Origin: an uncultured Verrucomicrobiae bacterium
Lineage (GTDB): Bacteria; Verrucomicrobiota; Verrucomicrobiia; Limisphaerales; Palsa-1400
Assembly (NCBI GenBank): GCA_963707025.1
Contig: CAVPOM010000012.1
Span: 416,001 to 480,000, forward strand
Length of the DNA stretch: 64,000 nucleotides
Reading direction: 5' to 3'
Under the pieces are notes generated by a model that saw nothing but the letters and a program-made list of their open reading frames with translations, was not told the origin of the DNA and searched no databases. Positions 8,668 to 18,887 of the stretch are shown here, one piece after another. Position numbers and translations under genes: made by a program. The number at the start of each line of letters is the position of its first letter. The stretch's first letter is position 1.

Positions 8668-9438
8668 ATGATACATCATTTGCTTAAACTTGTCACCGGC
8701 GGGCTGACCGCCAGCGCCGGCATTAATGGCGCTCCCCTTTTGATTGATTCGACCGGCATCGGGCTGAATGGGACCATGCCGGCCAACCCCTGGCTCAAAC
8801 CCACGGGAAACACCCTCAGTATTTCTCTGGCCAGGCCGCCGGCCACGCCCAACGTCAACCTTGCCGAAGTCCAGGTTCGCGCCGAGGTTTACACCGTCCA
8901 GTCCGGTTCCCGCACCATGGAGCCGGAAACATGGCTGGCCAGATTCGCGTGGCATGCGGGCGATCCGGCCCCCTTGCCGGTGACTCGCGAGATTGCCTTT
9001 GAAATTGCGGCCCCGCCGCCGACCAGCCTGTGGGCCGAAGCGGCGCGGGTCAATGACCTTTCCGCGACGGACCAGCAACAGTTGAGGACGCTGATGCAAA
9101 AGCTGGCCGGGGCCATTCTAAGCCGCGACCTGGATGGCATCTCCGTTTTGCTGGATTACAAAACAATGGACTGCGCTTTGGCCAACGGCCAGGACCCGGA
9201 TCGCATGCGCCAGGTCATTCGCGAGCTGTACACAACCGACATGTTCTCCGAACCATCACTCCGGGTGGAAGGGGCTGGAGCAAACGAGTTGGAATTTAAG
9301 CTGGTCGCCGGAGGCCAGGCCGTCTGGGTATTCCAAGGTCCGGGCAAACCCGCCTTGGTGGTGGTGTCGCCCAACAAGCGGTTCGGCCTGACGGTCTTTG
9401 CCGCCAAAACCGCAGGCGCCTGGAGGATTGTCAGATGA
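8668..9438 (+). CDS. Hypothetical protein, candidate immunity/partner of 7264..8661
   Basis: 256-aa ORF starting 6 nt after the cargo stop. N-terminal beta region (GINGAPL...PANPWLKPTGNTLSI) and C-terminal region ending GAWRIVR. Confidence 0.65.
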   Translation: MIHHLLKLVTGGLTASAGINGAPLLIDSTGIGLNGTMPANPWLKPTGNTLSISLARPPATPNVNLAEVQVRAEVYTVQSGSRTMEPETWLARFAWHAGDPAPLPVTREIAFEIAAPPPTSLWAEAARVNDLSATDQQQLRTLMQKLAGAILSRDLDGISVLLDYKTMDCALANGQDPDRMRQVIRELYTTDMFSEPSLRVEGAGANELEFKLVAGGQAVWVFQGPGKPALVVVSPNKRFGLTVFAAKTAGAWRIVR

Positions 9439-9504
9439 ACCGGGGAAAACAGCCTCGTGCCTGGACAACACCGAGTTGATAGTTCCCCAAAGAGCACCTC
9501 ATAT

Positions 9505-10239
9505 ATGATTCAAGCGCCACTCGTTAAAATCACCCAGCCTCCCAGCGAGGTTGCGGCCAAATACCAGCCGCATCCGGAAGCCAAGGCCTTGCTGCAGCCG
9601 GCGCAGACGCCGACGCAATACGCGGAGGCGTTGCAAAAGGGAAGCTTTTCGCACGACCAAATTCATTTCCTGGCGCACGGGATGCCGGAAAGGGAATCGG
9701 TCGGCTGGGCATGCAAAAGTTCCGCCAAAGTGTCCGATAAACTGGAACCGGCGGACAAGTCTGCCTTGGGCGCGGCCCAGGCATGGGTGAAAAATCCAAC
9801 GCCCGCCAACCAAGCGGCGGCGGCGGCGGCAGCCGCCAAAACAAATTATCAGGGGCCGGGCGCCTGGGCGGCGCAAGGCGCGGCTTGGGCCAAGGCTCCA
9901 GGCGCGCCGGCCGCGCCCGCGGCGCCGAATCTCACCGGCCACGCTGTGGCGGGTTCGGTCATGCTGGCGGCCGCCAAGTCCGCCGGCAAAATGCCGGCAA
10001 TCCAGCCTCCCGCGCTCGCGGCGCCAGCCATGCCGAAAGTTCCCACCCTCCAAGCGCCCCAGGTGGCCGCGCCGAAAGTTCCCGCGCTCCAACCGCCCCA
10101 GATGGCCCTGCCAAAGCCGCCGGCCCTCTCGCCCCCAAAGCCGCCCGCGCTGCCCGAACGGGTTGAAACTGCCAAAATCCACCAGCCCTTCATTGATCTG
10201 GGCCACGGCATCGCCAGCGGCCAGCACCCGTTTATTTGA
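9505..10239 (+). CDS. DUF6931-like (Imm5-related) T6SS-associated protein with Pro/Ala-rich tail
   Basis: FLAHGMPERESVGWAC...ALGAAQAWVKNPT...GPGAWAAQGAAWA...LTGHAVAGSVMLAAA pattern of the family commonly found next to PAAR genes. Confidence 0.7.
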   Translation: MIQAPLVKITQPPSEVAAKYQPHPEAKALLQPAQTPTQYAEALQKGSFSHDQIHFLAHGMPERESVGWACKSSAKVSDKLEPADKSALGAAQAWVKNPTPANQAAAAAAAAKTNYQGPGAWAAQGAAWAKAPGAPAAPAAPNLTGHAVAGSVMLAAAKSAGKMPAIQPPALAAPAMPKVPTLQAPQVAAPKVPALQPPQMALPKPPALSPPKPPALPERVETAKIHQPFIDLGHGIASGQHPFI

Positions 10240-10338
10240 TTTCGCCCGTCCAGCTCAGAACAACATTTTTGCCGCGACCATTTGCAGCTTTTGGGTAGTG
10301 TCCCGATTTGTTGCAGCGTCGAGCCTGTGGCTCGAAAT

Positions 10339-10383
10339 CGGCGCACATCCCCCTGCGCCAAGGCTACGGCGGACAGGGCGCCG
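10339..10383. repeat. REP-like palindromic intergenic element
   Basis: atccccctgcgccaaggctacggcggacagg flanked by the inverted cggcgc/gcgccg. Reverse strand reads PVRRSLGAGG, matching a short interspersed repeat I recognise from other genomes. Confidence 0.5.
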
Positions 10384-10428
10384 ACACTGCAACAATCAAA
10401 TCAGCCCACTCCCAGCTTTTGGGAGCGC

Positions 10429-10457
10429 TTGACAGTCAGGCACAAATCCTCCATATT
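10429..10457 (+). promoter_or_regulatory. Sigma70-type promoter of the PAAR gene, probably leaderless
   Basis: TTGACA (10429-34), 17 nt, CATATT (10452-57), 6 nt, ATG (10464). No Shine-Dalgarno. Confidence 0.55.
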
Positions 10458-10463
10458 CCAACC

Positions 10464-10763
10464 ATGCCGATGGCCGCTCGTTTAACCGACATGCATGTCT
10501 GCCCGATGGTGACGCCGGCTGTGCCGCCTGTTCCCCATGTCGGCGGCCCCATTACCGGCCCGGGCGCTCCCACCGTGTTGATCGGCGGCATGCCTGCGGC
10601 AGTGGTGGGTGACATGGTTGTTTGTGTCGGTCCGCCCGATACGATTGCCATGGGTTCAACCACGGTGTTGATTGGCGGCAAACCGGCCGCCCGCATGGGT
10701 GACCCCACTGCGCATGGCGGTTCGATTGTTCTTGGCTGTCCGACAGTGATGATTGGCGGATGA
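10464..10763 (+). CDS. PAAR domain spike-tip protein
   Basis: 99 aa: MAARLTDMHVCP...PHVGGPI...GGMPAAVVGD...C...GGKPAARMGDPTAHGG, with Zn-binding Cys/His residues. Confidence 0.95.
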   Translation: MPMAARLTDMHVCPMVTPAVPPVPHVGGPITGPGAPTVLIGGMPAAVVGDMVVCVGPPDTIAMGSTTVLIGGKPAARMGDPTAHGGSIVLGCPTVMIGG

Positions 10764-10819
10764 GCCGCCAGGACACCCTGGGTCCAACCCCGCACTTTCC
10801 TCCGACCTTGACTCGCGCC

Positions 10820-11504
10820 TAGAGCATTTTCTATTTAGATAGACGCATTCGGGGTTTGCTGCTATTTTCTGGTTATGAAAAGAGAATTATGCGTCCTTTG
10901 AGTCAGGATTTGCGTCAGCGGATCATTGCCGCGCGGGAGCGCGGGGAGGGCACTGGGGCAGTGTGCCAACGTTTTGGTGTCAGTCGTAAGAGCGTGGAGC
11001 GGTTTTGGAAACAGCACTGCCGGACGGGCGCGTGCGAGCCCAAACAGATTGGAGGTTACCGGCGCTCGCGCTTGGAAAAGCATGACCGAACCCTGTGCGG
11101 TTGGATTGCCGCTCAGTCGGACCTGACGTTGAGGGAGCTGCAAAAGCGGTGCCGGGAGCAACTGCATGTAGCCATCGGCATCACCGCGTTGTGGCACCGT
11201 TTGGAACGGCTCGGTCTGAGCTATAAAAAAAACGACGCGCGCCGCCGAGCAAGATCGGCCTGATGTCAAAGCCGCCCGGAGGCTTTGGCGCAGGCAACAG
11301 CCTGGCTGGGATGTCCGCCAGTTGGTATTTCTCGATGAAACCGGCTTGAACACCAAGATGGCCCGTCACTACGGGCACTGCCCGATGGGGCAGCGTTGCG
11401 CCAGCGCGGTCCCGCACGGTCACTGGCAAAGCTCCACCTTCCTGGCGGCCTTGCGCCACGAAAGCATCGAAGCGCCCTTCTTGGTCGAAGGGCCTGTCGA
11501 TGCC
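10820..11504 (+). mobile_element. Truncated IS630-family element (left end and split transposase, 3' part deleted)
   Basis: Left end TA|GAGCATTTTC at 10820. HTH orfA 10889..11263 (MRPLSQDLRQRII...LGLSYKK); A8 run at 11225-32 joins to the +1 frame KTTRAAEQDRPDV...LVFLDETG. Similarity stops at EGPVDA, before the second Asp and the Glu of the DDE triad; no right end seen. Confidence 0.85.
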
Positions 11505-11560
11505 GATACCCTCGCCCTCACGCCGCACATGGGCTGGAACAGTTGGTATGTATGGGAGAG
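11505..11560 (+). pseudogene. Short GH27 alpha-galactosidase remnant fused to the IS630 fragment
   Basis: DTLALTPHMGWNSWYVWE matches the GH27 N-terminal signature L(A)xTPxMGWNSW. Confidence 0.6.
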
Positions 11561-11792
11561 CTGCTCATTGAGCCCGACGCAGTGAGTCAGCCGGCTTCGA
11601 TCCTTGTTCCGAGGATCAGCCAACCACTTGGGAGCGGATGGTGAAGGTGCGGCACCGGTTTGCGGCGCCAAAGGTAGAGAGCGTTTACTTTGCCGTTGAT
11701 ACGGACGATGAATGAGGTGGGCCGCGCATTTAGCCTTTGCCGCGCGCCATTGGAAATCCCACTTTCGAACGTTTCATCCTCCCGCCGGCCCC

Positions 11793-12551
11793 TTAAGCCG
11801 CCGCACGCGGAGCAGGCACGCACGTATGGAGTCCTTGTTGTCCCGGCCATTTCCAACAACAGAGGCGCGCGTAGCGGCATGTTGCAGCCAAAGCAGCCGT
11901 ATAGTGCAAAGCGGGCCTGAATGATTGCACCGACTATGGTGCGCCGCCGGATATATCGTGAGTAGATAAAAGATCTGTCTGGTCCATTCCTTCGCCGATG
12001 CCGTTGCCTTGTGCCTTCAACAAGGCTTCCTTCCGTGTCCAAGATCTGAAAAACGCATCGGTCTTTCTGTCGCTTGGAAGTGAATGCCATGGCGCACGTT
12101 CGCGTTCGTGGAAAAAATGCGCCACATTTTCCCCCGCCTCACAAACCGAATGGATGCGCTCGAGATCAACACCGACTTCGTGCGCGCTCGACACCGCATA
12201 AACAGCCAGGGCATCAGAATGCGCGAGCTTGAAATACAATCGATTCCGAGCGCCTGGCAGAGCAAGGCGGGGTTTGCCGTGGGTGCCATAGGAAAAAATC
12301 AATTGACCTGGGTTGGCGCGGAGCAACCAGGCAAGAATCTCCCGCAAAATTCCGCGGCCAGCCAGAAATCGTGTTTTGTGCCTTTCAAGATAAAACCGCG
12401 CAGCCTTCTCGCATTCATCGATTGATAATGTTTCTGCCAGGCGTTCAATTCGTGGGAGAGGCAAATCGAGGAGGGCGCAAAAGACATGGATCTCGTCCTT
12501 GATGAATTCCAAGTCTTCTGGCGGCGGGCCAAATAAAATGACCGGTATCAT
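11793..12551 (-). pseudogene. Sfp-type 4'-phosphopantetheinyl transferase with premature TAG at 11934-36
   Basis: YGTHGKPRL, LAHS, VGVDLE and WTRKEALLKAQG motifs. After the TAG the frame continues SVQSFRPALHYTAALAA...RLCCWKW, a typical Sfp C-terminus, to TAA at 11793, so the TAG is probably a TGG (Trp) mutation. Confidence 0.8.
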
Positions 12552-12600
12552 GCGTATTGGGTTAACTGGCTTTCTGCTTCCACCATGATATTTGTGGGGG

Positions 12601-15600
12601 TCAATGCGTGTTATACACCGGAGGCCGAGTCTCTTCCTCGCTCAATTGGCTGATTTCCTTGGCCAGCAATTCTTCGATCACTCTGGCCAACTTGGCGATG
12701 GTGGGCGAGGCGAAGAAGCGGCGGATCGGCAACTCGATCTGAAAGGCCTCACGCAAGCGCGAGATAATTTGCGTCATCAAGAGCGAATGGCCGCCCAGTT
12801 CAAAAAAGCTCTCGTGAAGGCCGACCCGTTCCAGATGCAGGACCTCGCGCCAAATCTCGGCCACCGCGATTTCGGTGGGTGTCTGTGGGGCGGCAAACGA
12901 TTCGTCCAATTCCGGCCGGGCTTGCTCCGGCACAGGCAGAGCCGTGCGGTCCAGCTTGCTGTTCGGCGTCAAAGGAAGCGCTTCGAGGAAAACGAACGCG
13001 GCCGGAATCATGTAGTCGGGCAGTTTTGTGTTCAGAAAGCGGCGCAGTTCGCTCAGCGCAGGGCTGGCCTGGTCAGGCTCGGCCACGACATAACCGACCA
13101 GCCGCCTGTCACCGGGGGAATCTTCGCGCAGCACCACGACGCACTCGCTCACCGCCGGATGTTCCCTGAGGGCCGATTCCACCTCGCCCAGTTCGATGCG
13201 GTGCCCGCGAAGCTTCACCTGCCCGTCAGCCCGCCCCAAATATTCGATGTCGCCATCCGTCAGGCAGCGGGCGAGGTCGCCGGTTTTGTAGAGGCGCGCG
13301 CCTGGCTTATTGCGAAACGGATTGGGAATGAATCTTTCCGTTGTGAGTTCGGGACGATTCAGATAGCCGCGCGCCACACCGGAGCCGCCCACATACATTT
13401 CGCCCGGCAGGCCGATGGGGACAGGTTGCATCCTGGCGTCTAAAATATAAATTCGCAAATCGGGAATTGGTTGGCCAATGACGCTGCCGGATGCAAGGTC
13501 TTTGGCAAAGATGGGCCGATAGGTCACATGCACCGTGGTCTCGGTGATGCCATACATGTTGACCAGGCGCGGCTTCTGGTCACCGTGCTTGTCGAACCAC
13601 GGTTGCAGGCTTCTCATCTCGAGCGTCTCACCGCCAAAAATGACGTAGCGCAACGCAAGTTGGTGCGGACGCCCGCTGCGTTGATCGGCTTGGACCAGTT
13701 GCCGGAAAGCGGAAGGCGTCTGGTTCAACACCGTCACGCCTTCGCGCGCGAGCAGCTCGAGAAAATCTTCGGGCGAACGGCTTACCGGATGCGGCACAAT
13801 GACCAGCCGTCCGCCGTAGAGCAAGGCGCCCCAGATTTCCCAGACCGAGAAATCGAAGGCATAAGAATGAAAGAGAGTCCAAACGTCGCTCTCGTTGAAT
13901 TGATACCACGGCTGCGTCGCGTGAAGCAGGCGTGTGATGTTTTGGTGTGTGACCATAACCCCCTTCGGCTTGCCGGTCGAGCCGGAAGTGTAAATCACGT
14001 AAGCCAGATTCTCCAGGCTCACTTCGGTGCCGGGGTTGTTGTCCTGAGACGGGTCTTGAGAATCGAAAACATCCTCCACGCAGACGACTTGATTTTGAAA
14101 GGCAGGGAACTTGGCCACAAAGGCCCGCTCGGTCACCAGCACTCGTGCGTTGGCATCCTGCAACACGAATTCCAGCCGTTCAGCCGGATAAGCTGGATCC
14201 ATCGGCACATAAGCCGCACCGGCCTTCAAAACACCGAGGATGCCGACGACCATCTCGACCGAGCGTTCCTGGCAAAGTCCGACCATGTCCTCTGGACCGA
14301 CCCCGAGCGAGCGCAAGCGATGCGCCAGGCGGTTGGCGCGACGATTCAATTCGCCATAACTTAACCGCTGTTCTTCCAAGCTCACTGCCACCGCTTCTGG
14401 CGTCCGCGCCACCTGCTCTTCAAAAAGTTGATGAACACACTTGGGGCATGGAAAATCAGCCTGTCCACCGCTCCAGTCATGCAGAATTCTGCGTCTATCT
14501 TCCGAGGACAGCAGTGAAAGATTGGATACTTCTTGCTGCGGATCGGCGGCGATATTTTCGAGCAAGGCGCGGAAATGTCCAAGCCAGCACCGCATGGTCG
14601 GGGCTGAAAACAGCCTGGTGTTGTAACGGCAATCGAGTTGTAAGGCGCCGTCGATTTCGGTCAGGTTTAGGCCAAGATCAAAATGGGTGTGGGCATGGGG
14701 ATTGGGCTGGAGACTCGGTTTCCAGGCCAAGGAATTTCAATGGTTCGCCAAGCCGCTGCACGTTGAGGGTCACCGAGACCAGCGGCATTCGGCCGGCATC
14801 GCGCGGAAGGTTCAACTTCTGCACCAGGCGCCCGAACGGACAGTGCTGGTGGTCATAAGCATCGAGAAATTCTCTTTGCATCCCGGCCAGAAAATCGGCG
14901 AAGGTTCCGCCGTTGACCCTGGCCCGCAGCGGAAGAAAGTTGACACAATGGCCGACGAGCGTGTCGCCGCCTTCCATGGCCCGGTCGGCCAACGGAATGC
15001 CGATCACCATTTCGTTTTGACCGCTCAACTTGTTGAGCCACACCGCGCAGCCAGCCAGCAAGGTGGTGAACAACGTGCCGCCGTGCCGTCCACTGAGGCG
15101 CTTCAAGGCGAGCCCGAGGCTTTCCGGCAGCAATAGACTTTCCATGGCTCCGTCGAAGGTCCATGCGGCAGGGCGCGGACCGTCGGTGGGCAATTCCAAA
15201 ACGGGCGCGCCCTGGCCGAATTGCTTCAGCCAAAAGGCCTCGTCCGCCAGTTGCCTGTCAAAATGTGGCGATTGCCGGCAGACGTATTCCCTCAATTGCA
15301 ATGGCGCGACCAATTCGACGCGTCCGCCCCGGCATTCGCCAGAATAAATTTCCGCCAACTCGCGCAGAACAATTCCAAGCGAATGGCCGTCACAAATGAT
15401 GTGGTGAACGGTAACCAGGAGAACGTGATGATCTTCGCCCAGGCTGATCAGGCGCGCGCGGAGCAGCGGGCCGTGGACTAAATCGAACGGTCGCGCGGAT
15501 TCTTCAGCTTGAATCGCGTCCAGGCGCGTCGCGCGCTCCTCTGGGCTAAGCTTCAACCAGTCCAGCATTGGAACTTCCATGTTCAAAGTGGGATGGACTT

Positions 15601-18600
15601 GCTGAGTGTTGCCATCGGGCGCCAAAGTGGTTCGCAGGGCCTGGTGTCGGTCCACCAATTTCCGCACAGCCCCGAGCAGCGCGTCCCGGTTCAAGGCTCC
15701 GCGCAAATGCAGCAGCCGGGATTCGTTGTAAGCGCAGGAAGCGGCGTCGCTCATTTGCGAGGCAAACCACAATTCCCGTTGCGCCTCCGTCAACGGAATG
15801 GTGACCATGTGTTTTGGCTCATTTTGGGCGGCCGCCGCCGTTTCCTTTGCGATGACGGCGGAATTTTTGTCCGTCGCGCTTGGCGGGGCTTTCGCCAGGC
15901 GGGCCGCCAGCGCGTTCAGGGTGGAAAATTCCTCGAGCAATTGCCGGAACGCGACGCGCACGCCGAACTTCTTTTCCATCATCACGGTGGCTTGGGTAAG
16001 GAACAGGGAATCGAAACCCATTTCGATGAACGTCGTCGTGCCGTTCATGGTCGCGAGGTTCAGCCCTGACAACTCGCCGAAAAGTTGGAGCAAGGTTGCC
16101 GCAATTTGATCTTCCCGCGTCGCCGGGCCAGTTGCGGTCGAATGATGAATAGGGATGACCACCGCTTCTTCCACCTCGCGATCCCGTGCCTGGGCCAGGG
16201 GTGCGATCGTTTGTTCCTGGATGGACTTCGCCGGCTCGACCCAAAAGCGCTTGCGCTCGAACGGATAGGCCGGCAAAGGCACACGGCGGCGCTTCTCGCT
16301 CGTGTAGAAAGATCTCCAATCTATTCTGACCCCAGAGAGCCACAGTTGGCCGAGCGCGCTCAACAGAATGTCCCAACCCGAAGCAGATTCTGTCGCGTGC
16401 CGCAGAGAAGGAATGCTGACGCCGCCGGCGTTCCATGCTGGATGCCGCCTCGCCAAATTACTCAAGGTCCGTCCCGGACCGACTTCCAAAAGAATTCGTC
16501 GCTCGTCTTTGCAGAGTTCGGCGACACCGTTGGCAAAGCGCACGGTCTGGCGCAGATGTGTCGCCCAATAATGGGGATCGGTGGCCTGCAAGGCTGAGAT
16601 CCAGGCGCCAGTGACATTTGAAATGTAAGGAATTTGCGGGGCGTGCAATTCCACTTTGCCAACGAGTTGGGCGAACGGTTCCAAAATCGCATCCATCATG
16701 GCCGAGTGAAACGCGTGCGAGGTTTGAAGGGGCGTCGAGGCGACGTTGCGCTGGGTCAACTCGCGCCGCATCCTTTCGACGGCCTCGGCCGGGCCGGAGA
16801 CGACGCAGAGAGAGGGCAAATTGATGGCGGCCAGGGAAATTCTATCGTTGAGAAATGGCACCACTTCGTTTTCAGGGAGACGCACCGCGAGCATCGTGCC
16901 GCCGGGCAACTGTTGCATCATGCGCCCGCGCGCGGCGATGAGCAAAAGCGCGTCCTGAAGTGAGAACACGCCGGCCAGACACGCCGCCACATATTCGCCG
17001 ACGCTGTGGCCGATCATCGCTTCCGGCCGCACTCCCCAACTGATCCACAGTTTCGCCAACGTGTACTCGATGACGAACAGCGCGGGTTGTGTGACCGCGG
17101 TTTGCGTGAGGCGGCTTTCAGCTTCCTCCATCTTATCCGCCGCTGGATAGAGCACAGCACGCAGATCCAATCCGAGGTGCGGATTTAGAATCGCGCCGCA
17201 GGCATCCACTTGCTCACGGAAGGTGGGTTCGTGTTCGTAGAGGTCCAAGCCCATGTTCACGTGCTGCGCGCCCTGGCCGGGAAACATGAACACGATGGGC
17301 GGATTGTCCTGCTTGGCGACACGTGTGAAAAGTCGTTTCGTGTCCGGGGCTTGCAATGCGTTCACAGCGTCGGTCGCGCCGCGGCAAACCAACATGCGGC
17401 GGTGCGCGAAATGATGACGGCCCACCTGCAAAGTGTAAGCCGCGTCGGCCAGGTTGACCGCGGGATTCTGTTGCAGATGCGCGGGCAGATTCGCCGTCGC
17501 CTTGGCCAGCGCCGTTTCCGTTTTGGCAGAGAGCAGAAGCAACTGCGCCTGGCCGTGTCCGGACAGGAGATGGCGGCGCCGGCGCTTCTTCCAGAACGAC
17601 ATGAGCGTTGGTGCCGCCGATGCCAAACGAACTGACGCCAGCGCGGCGCGGGGCCGCCCCGGCTTTCCATTCGGCCAGCTCTCCATTGACGTAAAAGGGA
17701 CTGTTGGCGAAATCAATTTTTGGATTGGGCGACTCGAAATGCAAGCTGGGCGGCAGCTTCTTGTGATGCAGCGCCAGCGCGGTTTTGATCAAGCCAGCGA
17801 CGCCGGCGGCCGTGTCAAGATGACCGATGTTGGATTTAAGCGAACCGACCGCACAGTAATTTTTGGCAGGCGAACGGGCGCGAAAGGCCCTGGTCAGCGC
17901 TTCGATTTCAATGGGATCTCCCAGCGGCGTGCCCGTGCCGTGGGCTTCGATGTAACTGATGGTCTCGGGCGCGAAGCCAGCCATGGCCTGCGCGGTGGCG
18001 ATGACCTCGGCCTGGCCTTCAACGCCCGGCGCAGTGTAGCCAATTTTATTGGAACCGTCGTTGTTGATGGCGAAACCCTTGATGACGGCGTAGATCGTGT
18101 CCCCATCCGTCAGCGCGTCTTCGAGCCGCTTCAAGAGGACGATGCCGACGCCATCGCCTGGCACCGTACCCGCAGCCTGCGCGTCGAACGCGCGGCAGTG
18201 CCCATCCGGGGACCCAATTCCGCCTTCTTGGAAAAAATAACCGCGCTTTTGCGGAAAGGTGATGGAGACGGCGCCCGCCAGCGCCATGTCGCACTCGTAA
18301 TTGAGCAAATTTTGGCACGCCACACAGACCGCGACGAGCGAAGTGGAGCAGGCGGTCTGGATGGTCAGGCTGGGTCCGCGCAGGTTCAGCTTGTAGGAAA
18401 CGCGCGTGGGCAAAAAGTCCTTGTCGTTGCCGAACATCACCTGATGTTCACTCAGTTGCGCCATTAGTTCCGGGCGGGTGAGCAGGTTTTGCGCAAGGTA
18501 AGTGTTCATGCTCATGCCGGCGAAGACGCCGATGGCGCCGTTGAACCTGGCGGGATCGTAGCCGGCGCTTTCCAACGTCTCCCAGGCGCATTCGAGGAAG

Positions 18601-18887
18601 ACGCGATGCTGTGGGTCGAGCACTTCGGCTTCGCGCGGATTCAACCCAAAAAATGCGGCGTCGAACAAATCGGCTTCTTCGAGAATGCCGCGCGCTTTGA
18701 CATAATTTGCATTGTCTTTCGGCGCTCCCACGCCCGCCGCTGCCAGTTCCTCGTCGGTGAAGAAGGAAATGGCATCAACGCCCTGGCATAAATTGCGCCA
18801 GAACTCATCCATGCTCTTTGCCTTCGGAAAACGTCCGGCCATCCCAATGATGGCCAGGCCATGTTCGGTGCTGGGTCGGGGATTCAT
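12601..18887 (-). CDS. Hybrid PKS-NRPS KS-AT-ACP-C-A(Thr)-PCP, split by two single-base insertions (about 17550 and about 14713)
   Basis: KS QTACSTS / EAHGTGT / KSNIGH; AT GHSVGE and HAFHS (malonyl type); ACP GFDSL; C HHIICDG; A with FDFSVWE and NMYGITETTVHVT (Thr code DFWNIGMVHK); PCP GGHSL. ORFs 17214..18887, 14678..17716 and 12601..14730 join seamlessly after removing one base at each junction. No KR or TE. Confidence 0.9.

Noticed and set aside
11587..12090. 167-aa minus-strand ORF as a separate gene
   Set aside because: It overlaps the PPTase in another frame; the region is explained by the PPTase C-terminus beyond the nonsense codon.
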